This document shows, piece after piece, positions 56,694 through 64,000 of a DNA stretch of 64,000 bases; the stretch's first letter is position 1; the number at the start of each line of letters is the position of its first letter. This DNA is from a virus. Its lineage: Duplodnaviria; Caudoviricetes. A program made the position numbers and the translations under genes. The DNA lies in the IMG/VR virus record IMGVR_UViG_3300001765_000034, positions 1 to 64,000 of that record; one strand, 5' to 3'. The notes under the pieces are model-generated. The model made no database searches. It was not told where the DNA came from and saw nothing but the letters and a program-made list of their open reading frames with translations.

Positions 56694-57479
56694 ATGAAAC
56701 AATTATCAAAAAATCAAATTAAAATGAGCGTTGAAGTAATAAAAATTCTTGATAAAATGTGGTCATCGATTCACATGAAGAGGGTTACTTTAATTTCCTT
56801 TTTATTTTTATTTAATATAAGTGTAATTACCCCCGGATCTGTAAGTATTAGTGATTCTCCTATAATTCAAGATAGGACAGAGTCAAAAGAAAAATTGTAT
56901 ATTGAGGCCGTTAAATTAAAAATGGAAAATAGCTTAATATTGGAAGTTGAACGTTATTTTAACGAAGTTGCTCCTGAAACAAAATTATCCGCAAATTGTA
57001 TTGTTGAAAAATGTTTGGAATACAATACTGATATTATTTTTGTACTAGCTCAAGGGTTACTTGAATCTCATTTTGGAACAAAAGGTAAGGCTGTAAACAG
57101 TAATTCGGTTTGGAATGTAGGGACATATGATAATGGACAAGTTCTATATACATATAAAACTCCGAATGAGTCGATAGAACCCTATCTTAAATTAATAAAT
57201 GAGAGATATCTAATAAACATAACATCTAAGGGTGACACCATTTACAAAGATGTATCCCATTTGACATCTGATAAAGGATATGTTAACGATAGTGGAGATA
57301 GATTTGCTTCCGCACGGGGATATGAAAATGCTATGAGAAAGCTTATGATATCTATTGATGCAAAAACATCAATTAAGTTATATCAGGGAATTTTAATGCT
57401 ACCCGACGAAACATTCTTATCTTATTTTAATCCCAACCAAATAGAACCGAATTCAGAAAACTATTTAGCGTATAGATAA
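56694..57479 (+). CDS. Membrane-anchored glucosaminidase-like (GH73/lysozyme-like) protein
   Basis: TM segment, then FVLAQGLLESHFGT...NSVWNVG...Y...ESIEPY; promoter TACCTTTG at 56666-73. Confidence 0.65.
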   Translation: MKQLSKNQIKMSVEVIKILDKMWSSIHMKRVTLISFLFLFNISVITPGSVSISDSPIIQDRTESKEKLYIEAVKLKMENSLILEVERYFNEVAPETKLSANCIVEKCLEYNTDIIFVLAQGLLESHFGTKGKAVNSNSVWNVGTYDNGQVLYTYKTPNESIEPYLKLINERYLINITSKGDTIYKDVSHLTSDKGYVNDSGDRFASARGYENAMRKLMISIDAKTSIKLYQGILMLPDETFLSYFNPNQIEPNSENYLAYR

Positions 57480-57551
57480 AACTCGTTTTTCATACTATTT
57501 ATATGTATCCCTTTCGTAAATAGAAAGGATAAAATATCATATTTATAAGTT

Positions 57552-59060
57552 ATGACATATAGTACTCATATCAACGTTACCGAAGAGGAAAGAAAAAAAA
57601 TACTTAACGAACATAGTTTGACGTTAAATCCTCAAATTATTAGAGAAAATATCCAATCTTTCAGGTTCACCAGTGATATGAAGTATGTTGTTTTTGAAAA
57701 CAATTTTTATTCATGTGAAACTGGTGAGTTAATGCCTTTGACCGAAAAATGGTCAGTAAGTGACATTTTACATACAGTTGGAGATGTGGCATCTTTGGGG
57801 ATGGACTTTATCGTTCCCGGGTCTGGAGCTATTGTTGATGCAGTTAATGGTACAAGTTATTTTATAGAAGCTATTTTTACTAAAGACGCAACCACAAGGA
57901 AAAAATTATTTATTATGGGGGCTATTACTTTGGCTTTTGTAATAATTCCTGGTCCGTTACAAGCGGTAGCAATACCAATGAAACGTTTCGTGAAATATGG
58001 AGCGAAAAAAGCGATGAATAAAACAGTACTTGCTGGTCTTGAAATAATTTACAAAAATTTAAGTAAAATATTATCGTCTATTCCAAGAATGATTCAGAGG
58101 GCAGTTGCCACACCTTTAGGTAAAAAAGTCCTTGGTAAATATAGTAAGACAATAACGACTCAAATGGATACCATTATAACTGGGATCAAATCTTCGTTTG
58201 ATGATTTAATTACTAACGCAAGGAAAGCAGTTCCTGAAGGCCCACAATCAGCAGCATTTAGGAAAAAAGAAGCCGATAAAATCTATAACAAAAAAGTAGT
58301 TAGTAAAACTGGTGGAATTGTAGGAAAAACAGCTCGTAGAGGTGGTAGAATATTACGTTTATTTGGTATCAAAAAATTAGATAACATTCTAAGAGCTGGC
58401 GTACCAGAAGGTCGTTTAACCGGAAAGGCGTTGAGAAATTTAGGAATGGGTGTTGGAGGAAAATATAAGTACGTTGTACCAAAAAGTAATAGGGTTATTA
58501 ATATACAAATTCTTAAAACTACTCCTGATGGGGTAATTTGTAGAAATCTTACCGATGGATCACAATTTTCGGCAACTAACGGTAATTTTATTTTTAACGC
58601 AGTTGCCGCACCGTGGGTAAGAAGAGGTAAGGGTAAATTTGTTCCATTCTTTATAAAAAGATTAACAGATGTAATAACACCTGAAGGTCAATTTGACGAA
58701 CAAGCACTCGCTGAATTACCAGATCTTGATCCGTCCGAAACATCATTAGAATCATTAAACTATATAAGAAGTGATGTTGGAGCAGAATATCAAGGACATA
58801 TTGGTAAATACACAGTAAACCCCGTTGTTCAGGCAGTTCAAAAAGGATTAGTATTATTAGGATATAGTTTACCATCCGGGGAGGACGGAAAATTTGGACC
58901 TGAAACTAAAAAGGCGGTCGAACAATTTCAAACAGATGCAAGTCTTGAATCTTTTGATGGGGCAATTGATAGGTTAACGGCTCGTAAATTAGCTCTTGAA
59001 TTAAGAGCAAGGGGAATCCCAAATTCGGAAGATCTACAAAATGAACTTAATAACATATAA
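57552..59060 (+). CDS. Large protein with pre-toxin-TG-like motif and C-terminal peptidoglycan-binding domain
   Basis: LHTVGDVASLGMDFIVPGSGAIVDAVNGTSYFIE; VQKGLVLLGY...DGKFGPETKKAVEQFQ...DGAIDRLT (PG_binding_1). Confidence 0.7.
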   Translation: MTYSTHINVTEEERKKILNEHSLTLNPQIIRENIQSFRFTSDMKYVVFENNFYSCETGELMPLTEKWSVSDILHTVGDVASLGMDFIVPGSGAIVDAVNGTSYFIEAIFTKDATTRKKLFIMGAITLAFVIIPGPLQAVAIPMKRFVKYGAKKAMNKTVLAGLEIIYKNLSKILSSIPRMIQRAVATPLGKKVLGKYSKTITTQMDTIITGIKSSFDDLITNARKAVPEGPQSAAFRKKEADKIYNKKVVSKTGGIVGKTARRGGRILRLFGIKKLDNILRAGVPEGRLTGKALRNLGMGVGGKYKYVVPKSNRVINIQILKTTPDGVICRNLTDGSQFSATNGNFIFNAVAAPWVRRGKGKFVPFFIKRLTDVITPEGQFDEQALAELPDLDPSETSLESLNYIRSDVGAEYQGHIGKYTVNPVVQAVQKGLVLLGYSLPSGEDGKFGPETKKAVEQFQTDASLESFDGAIDRLTARKLALELRARGIPNSEDLQNELNNI

Positions 59061-59061
59061 C

Positions 59062-59094
59062 AAAAAAGGTCGGAAATATCCGACCTTTCTTTTT
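59062..59094. terminator. Bidirectional intrinsic terminator
   Basis: AAAAAAGGTCGGA-AATA-TCCGACCTTT between convergent genes. Confidence 0.75.
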
Positions 59095-59824
59095 ATTCCT
59101 CAAATGTGGGTTTCATCCACAATTTAGTCTTAGTAAAAATATAATCCCTTAAATACGGGAAAACATTTAATCTGTTCCAAGTCTCCAAGGTGTCATGTTT
59201 AAAACACTTATATAATTCTTCTCTTATACGTTCACCTGAGACCACACCCATTTTTTTCTCATAATCATAGTGATAAATTACATACCACATTTCTTTCGGA
59301 ATGGTAAATCCTTTTGTTATGGAAAACCTAATAGCTCTTAAAATCCTCAACGGATCATCATCAAAGGTAATTGTGCAATCCAATGGCGTTCTTAAAATAC
59401 CATTTTTTAAATCGTTTAACCCATTGAAGAAATCAACAATTTCACCGTCGTCACCTCTTGCTAAAGCGTTAAGGGTAAAGTCACGTCTTTCCAGATCGTC
59501 ATATAACGTCCCTGGCTTAACTATTGGCGTTCGAGTGTTCGGTATATACCCAATTTCTTTTCGAGCCATTACAAAGTCTGCAACACCGACGTATTTGTGT
59601 CCTTCAGGAAATCTTGCCCTGATGGTATAACAATCAGGTGTAATTAAGAAGATTTCAAAATTTTGTTCTTTAAGGTATTTGATTAATACCCCGAACATTT
59701 CTGAAGCTTCAGAATAATTACGTAACAATAACTCGTTTGGAACGGCAACATAATCAACATCCTTAGATTTTAATCCGAGAATTTCATCCCTAATCTTCCC
59801 TCCTACTTCATAAAATGTAAACAT
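59093..59824 (-). CDS. cca: tRNA nucleotidyltransferase (CCA-adding enzyme, class II head domain)
   Basis: YEVGGKIRDEILG...KDVDY, DLERRDFTLNALA, DDPLRILRAIRF and SGERIREEL motifs; none of the tRNAs here encode a full CCA. Confidence 0.9.
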   Translation of the reverse strand: MFTFYEVGGKIRDEILGLKSKDVDYVAVPNELLLRNYSEASEMFGVLIKYLKEQNFEIFLITPDCYTIRARFPEGHKYVGVADFVMARKEIGYIPNTRTPIVKPGTLYDDLERRDFTLNALARGDDGEIVDFFNGLNDLKNGILRTPLDCTITFDDDPLRILRAIRFSITKGFTIPKEMWYVIYHYDYEKKMGVVSGERIREELYKCFKHDTLETWNRLNVFPYLRDYIFTKTKLWMKPTFEE

Positions 59825-59896
59825 ATATTAGACTTTTGTTAATAATACACAAAGATAATTGTTTTTCTCGAAAAAAAAAACTATATTTGTAATATT

Positions 59897-60613
59897 ATGA
59901 AAATAGTTTTTATATCAGACACACACGGATTACATAATTCGATGTTACATCCATTGCCAGAAGGGGATGTCCTCATTCACGCAGGCGACTTAACAAATAT
60001 TGGAAGTAGACCAAATTTAGAACAATTCATTCATTGGTTTATGAATATCAAAGGGTTTGACTCAAAAATTTTTATTGCAGGAAACCACGATTGGTGTTTT
60101 GAAAGAAAACCCGATTGGTTAAGTCAATACATCAATGATGAAAATTTATCACAATCAGATTGTGTATATCTTGAAGATTCTTCATTCACAATTGAGAGTC
60201 CTGAATTTTCACGGCCAATAAAATTTTATGGATCTCCGTGGCAACCAGATTTTATGAATTGGGCATTTAATGTTCCAAGAAGCGAATTGCACACATATTG
60301 GGAAAAAATTCCTGAAGATACCGATGTTTTAATTACTCACGGTCCTCCAGAAGGTATTCTTGATATAAATATGGAAGGTGAACCCTGTGGATGTTCATCT
60401 CTTACATATCACGCGGAAAGAGTTAAACCGTTAATTCACGTCTTCGGGCACATACACGAGCAACACGGATATAAAATACATAACGGAACCACATATATCA
60501 ACGCAACAACGTGTACCCGAAGGTATATACCATCAAATAAACCAATTGTAGCCTCGTTAAAAGAACTCGACGGGGATTTTATTGTAAACATACAAGACCC
60601 ATGGAATTATTAA
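59897..60613 (+). CDS. Calcineurin-like metallophosphoesterase
   Basis: ISDTHG, IHAGDLT, IAGNHD, LITHGPP and FGHIHE motifs. Confidence 0.9.
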   Translation: MKIVFISDTHGLHNSMLHPLPEGDVLIHAGDLTNIGSRPNLEQFIHWFMNIKGFDSKIFIAGNHDWCFERKPDWLSQYINDENLSQSDCVYLEDSSFTIESPEFSRPIKFYGSPWQPDFMNWAFNVPRSELHTYWEKIPEDTDVLITHGPPEGILDINMEGEPCGCSSLTYHAERVKPLIHVFGHIHEQHGYKIHNGTTYINATTCTRRYIPSNKPIVASLKELDGDFIVNIQDPWNY

Positions 60614-62136
60614 CAGTAGTAATATCAACAAGACAAATTGATGAGAAACATATAAACACGGTAAAAAAAGCCTTTTCTCATCCGAAAACTGAATTTCTCA
60701 TTTACGAAAATGACAATAAAATGTCATTATCTGAGGTATATAATAAAGGATTGAAAGAGGCAACTAATAATTATATCGTCTTTATGCACGATGATCTCAT
60801 TATCAACTCAACTAATATGTCAAACAAAATCAATAAATTGTTTGAAAATTTTCCTGAGTATGGTATCATTGGTGTTGCAGGAACTACTGATTTAGTTAAT
60901 GGAACTTGGTGGGATATCCGGAAATCTATGCACGGAAAAATGTCTCATACACAAAATGGAAAAATATGGACTAACAAATACTCATCAGAGTCACTGATTG
61001 ATACATTAAAAGATGTTGTGACTTGTGATGGAGTATTCTTCATTGTTGATAAACGAAAAATTAAACACAATTTTGATGAAGATTTTAAAGGTTTCCACTT
61101 TTATGATATTCCATTCTTTATTAAAAATTATATCGAAGGGGTGAAGATTGGAGTTACTACCAGATTCGATTTGTTACATAAGTCTGTTGGACAAACAAAC
61201 GAACAATGGGAAGAAAATAAAAAACAGTTCGAAGAAAAATTTAAAGACGTTCTTCCTCTTAAAATGACAAGTAATAAAAGTCTTTTTGAAAAGATAAATT
61301 ATACCAAAGATAATATAGGTGTTGGAATGGTAACGTATAAAGCTGAAGATAGGATTAAACAGTCCGCAGCAACGATTCCCGGATGGGTTAAACATTTTGT
61401 TATCGTTAATGACGGTACACCATATGACCCATCATCATATCCTGAACACGCCCACATAATCCAACATGAAACAAATAAATCGGTTGGACAGGCTAAAACG
61501 TCTGCCATCAATTATCTTATGGAACAAGGGTGTGATCATATCTTTATTATAGAAGATGACATCTTAATTCAGGATGAATCCGTATTCGACAAATATATTC
61601 AAACATCTCTTAACACCGGGGTAAAACACTTAAATTACGCGTTACAGGGTCCAGCCAATAAAAAGGGATCCCAAGGATTTAATAATTTAGAAGATAGGGC
61701 AAAACAAGAACATCTTACCGAACCGAATCCAAGACAAATTGTTAAATATCCAAACGGGCATGAGATAGCAATGTATCCAAATTCAGTCGGAGCATTTTCA
61801 TATTATCAACGAGAGGTTCTTGAAAAGATTGGTGGTTTTGATGTTGTTTATAAAAATGCTTGGGAACATGTTGACCATACTATGGATGCGTTTAAAAACG
61901 GATTCACAACTCCTTATTGGTGGTTCGCTGACATCAATGAATCTTGGAAATATATAAAGGACATTGATGGTTGTATAGAAAACTCAACAATTGGACATAC
62001 ACCAGAATGGCAAGAAAATTACCAAAAGGGTTATTTACATTTTAAAAAGAAATACGGATGGGGTCCAACTGAAGTTCCGGATACGTCGCCAGAACACATT
62101 CAGAAGATTTTAACCCATCTTTTCCAAAATAAATAA
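60601..62136 (+). CDS. Two-domain GT2-like glycosyltransferase
   Basis: N-domain IVFMHDD...GIIGVAG...TCDGVF...FHFYD; C-domain VIVNDGT...FIIEDD...GGFD. Confidence 0.8.
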   Translation: MELLTVVISTRQIDEKHINTVKKAFSHPKTEFLIYENDNKMSLSEVYNKGLKEATNNYIVFMHDDLIINSTNMSNKINKLFENFPEYGIIGVAGTTDLVNGTWWDIRKSMHGKMSHTQNGKIWTNKYSSESLIDTLKDVVTCDGVFFIVDKRKIKHNFDEDFKGFHFYDIPFFIKNYIEGVKIGVTTRFDLLHKSVGQTNEQWEENKKQFEEKFKDVLPLKMTSNKSLFEKINYTKDNIGVGMVTYKAEDRIKQSAATIPGWVKHFVIVNDGTPYDPSSYPEHAHIIQHETNKSVGQAKTSAINYLMEQGCDHIFIIEDDILIQDESVFDKYIQTSLNTGVKHLNYALQGPANKKGSQGFNNLEDRAKQEHLTEPNPRQIVKYPNGHEIAMYPNSVGAFSYYQREVLEKIGGFDVVYKNAWEHVDHTMDAFKNGFTTPYWWFADINESWKYIKDIDGCIENSTIGHTPEWQENYQKGYLHFKKKYGWGPTEVPDTSPEHIQKILTHLFQNK

Positions 62137-62145
62137 TATTTATTA

Positions 62146-62192
62146 TTTGGTAATGTAAAATATTTACTTTACATTTGTACTGTTCTTTGAAA
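62146..62192 (+). promoter_or_regulatory. sigma70-type promoter plus boxA-like element before tmRNA
   Basis: TTTG, 20 nt spacer, TACATTTG (62170-77), then TGTTCTTTGAAA (62181-92). Confidence 0.7.
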
Positions 62193-62196
62193 ATAC

Positions 62197-62598
62197 GGGG
62201 GTGAATTGACTTGATTTCAAGTATCAAGGATAAATTGCAAGTAGTCAGATGTCATCTATGACTTTAATACACGGTGGTAACTTTTAGACGGCAACGTTTA
62301 CAAAAACATGGAAATTGCAGGTTTACTTGCAACTTCTAACGTTTCAGTAGCTTAGGCGAACAAACGAGAGGGTCGGGGCACATGTACCTGGTAACAGAAG
62401 TGCTTAAGGTGTAATACAACCATAAAAGTGTTAAGAGTCTCGTTTGGGGTGCTACTTTATTATAAGTGAACCCTCCACAGTTTTTGGTAACGGTGGCAAA
62501 ATAGGAACCGAATATTTGTCCGTTATGAATAACGGAATAAACTTGTAGTAATTTATTGTTGAACAGGAAAGACCGCGAAGCGATATCGCGCACCTCCA
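62197..62598 (+). ncRNA. ssrA: tmRNA (transfer-messenger RNA)
   Basis: GGGGGTG/CACCTCC-A acceptor with G3:U70; T-arm CGCGA-AGCGATA-TCGCG; internal tag ORF 62290-62355 GNVYKNMEIAGLLATSNVSVA*. Confidence 0.88.
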
Positions 62599-62636
62599 CA
62601 AATACTATCGTTCTTTACCATATAGGAGATTAAAAA

Positions 62637-62981
62637 ATGACAGTAGATTTACTATCACTTATTTTAGGTATGGGTCTGGTGTTAGTTATTGCTTTTGCAA
62701 TAGGTGGCGTCGTGGCTCTAGTTAAGGTAATGAGATTAGAACGTAACTCAAATAACATCGATATTGGAACTCAACAGCAACTCGATGATATTAGGAAAAC
62801 TGTTGGTACAGAAATTGGTGAGATAGATCACAAAATCCAAAATCTTTATAGAGATATGGATTCTCGATTCGATAAATTTTATAGTAAGATTATTCAGGAA
62901 ACTAATCCAAAACAGAGGATACTGAATATGATAAATTCCGGTACTTCGTCGGATTCGACGGAAAATAGCCATAAAGAATAA
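62637..62981 (+). CDS. Membrane-anchored coiled-coil protein
   Basis: N-terminal TM segment; followed by a terminator at about 63010-63041. Confidence 0.6.
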   Translation: MTVDLLSLILGMGLVLVIAFAIGGVVALVKVMRLERNSNNIDIGTQQQLDDIRKTVGTEIGEIDHKIQNLYRDMDSRFDKFYSKIIQETNPKQRILNMINSGTSSDSTENSHKE

Positions 62982-63064
62982 ATAAACTTAAAGAACGATA
63001 GTATTAAACAAAAAAGGTACTTTAGTAAAGTACCTTTTTTTATGCTTTAAAAGTTGGTATAACG

Positions 63065-63155
63065 AACAAAGAGGCCGAAGCCTCTTTGTCGAGATAGAAA
63101 CACCTCCTTTTCGTTTGAAAACTTTATCGTGGTATGGGGACCAATCCATACCCTC
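63065..63155 (-). ncRNA. Candidate sRNA carrying an extended Shine-Dalgarno sequence
   Basis: ATATTTAT upstream on the minus strand, 5' hairpin, GAAAAGGAGGTGTTTC, then a C(UUCG)G terminator hairpin; no start codon follows the SD. Confidence 0.45.
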
Positions 63156-63181
63156 TTAGATAAATATCGCGAAGGTTAGTT

Positions 63182-63982
63182 TTATTTGATTCTTCCGAAT
63201 TTTCTGTCAAGTCTTTCTTGTTTATTTTTTCTCCACTGATCTTTATTATTTAAAGATTCATTTACGAACCCCTGAGCCATTTTGTAACCACCAGGTTTAA
63301 TTTCCGGTTTCTTAAACATATCCTCTTTAACTTTAGGATCTGATTCGTTTTGTTGACCGGGTCTTGGTATTGTATTGGCTTTAGGTGCCGATGTGGGAGA
63401 CATTGATCCTATTTTACTTGTATCAATATTTGCTGTTATCGGCTTTGGTGAATCAATATTTGCTACTGGGTTTGGAGTCTCAACATCATTTTTTGCTGGG
63501 GTTAATTTAGCTATAATTGCAGGTACATCTGTATCTGAAAATTGTTTACTAAATTCAGGAGCCACTTGTGACAATTTTGCTTGTGTCTTTTTACCAAACA
63601 TACCATCAGCTTTTAATCCAGCTGCTTGTTGTATCTTAGCAATTGAATCTGATTTACAACCGAATTTATTAATTCCACCTTGACACGGTACGTATGATGC
63701 TGTTTTTGCTACAGGGTCTTTTGTTGGTTCGTTTGTTGGTTGAGCTCCGCCACCACCAAGAAGACTTAGTAATTCTTTTTGTTTTGTTATACCTTTATAA
63801 TTTACTTTTTCACCTTTTTTTGTGATATCGGCAACCAAATCGGTACCATATAATCTTTTATATTCACCCTTTACAACTTCAACAGCATCTTCACCATTGA
63901 TTTTTCTTCCGCTAAGAGTTTTAATCTGATTAAGACTATTGGTCATTTCACCCCCATTAGATCTGAGTAAACGTCCTTCCAT
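63182..63982 (-). CDS. Protein with peptidoglycan-binding-like motif; probably extends upstream of the window
   Basis: IQQAAGLKADGMFGKKTQAKL; the frame stays open to position 64000. Confidence 0.6.
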   Translation of the reverse strand: MEGRLLRSNGGEMTNSLNQIKTLSGRKINGEDAVEVVKGEYKRLYGTDLVADITKKGEKVNYKGITKQKELLSLLGGGGAQPTNEPTKDPVAKTASYVPCQGGINKFGCKSDSIAKIQQAAGLKADGMFGKKTQAKLSQVAPEFSKQFSDTDVPAIIAKLTPAKNDVETPNPVANIDSPKPITANIDTSKIGSMSPTSAPKANTIPRPGQQNESDPKVKEDMFKKPEIKPGGYKMAQGFVNESLNNKDQWRKNKQERLDRKFGRIK

Positions 63983-64000
63983 ATTTTTATGGAGATTTTT

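Noticed and set aside
59871-59880. Poly-A run as assembly artefact or phase-variable tract
   Set aside because: Intergenic between divergent promoters in an AT-rich genome; no frameshift consequence is visible.
62336-62599. 87-aa minus-strand ORF
   Set aside because: Antisense to the tmRNA.
1-64000. Stop-codon reassignment (alternative genetic code)
   Set aside because: Conserved genes are full length in code 11, TAG and TGA occur as real stops (for example 27148 and dut at 17552), and I found no CTA/TTA/TCA-anticodon tRNA.

Overview
Fragment of a large, AT-rich, T4-like (myovirus-type) dsDNA phage genome read in standard code 11. The host is most likely Bacteroidota: repeated TTTG-N19/20-TAnnTTTG promoters, A-rich non-SD starts, and a tmRNA tag that resumes on Gly. 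Layout: (1-10.6 kb) two giant Gly-X-X (GSS/GTS) fibre proteins and a partial structural gene; (11-27 kb) head/tail-associated proteins, WYL protein, three glycosyltransferases, dUTPase, PhoH, gp55-like sigma factor, gp5-like hub; (28-44 kb, minus strand) dCMP deaminase, major capsid, scaffold, prohead protease, portal, large terminase, nucleotidyltransferase, KTSC, Hsp20; (44-51.7 kb) NTD-less ClpC-like ATPase, receiver-PP2C phosphatase, putative internal head proteins; (51.7-55.7 kb) two tRNA arrays; (55.7-64 kb) glucosaminidase, PG-binding proteins, CCA-adding enzyme, metallophosphoesterase, dual glycosyltransferase, tmRNA and a candidate sRNA. Main discovery: each tRNA array is preceded by a host-type promoter, a short leader ORF whose codons match the tRNA isotypes encoded in that array, and an antiterminator/terminator pair with the same stop-to-terminator spacing, with a boxA-like element downstream. 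This looks like ribosome-mediated attenuation that switches phage tRNA arrays on when the matching tRNAs become limiting. Many of the tRNAs are structurally non-canonical. All annotation is by eye; no database search or folding program was run.
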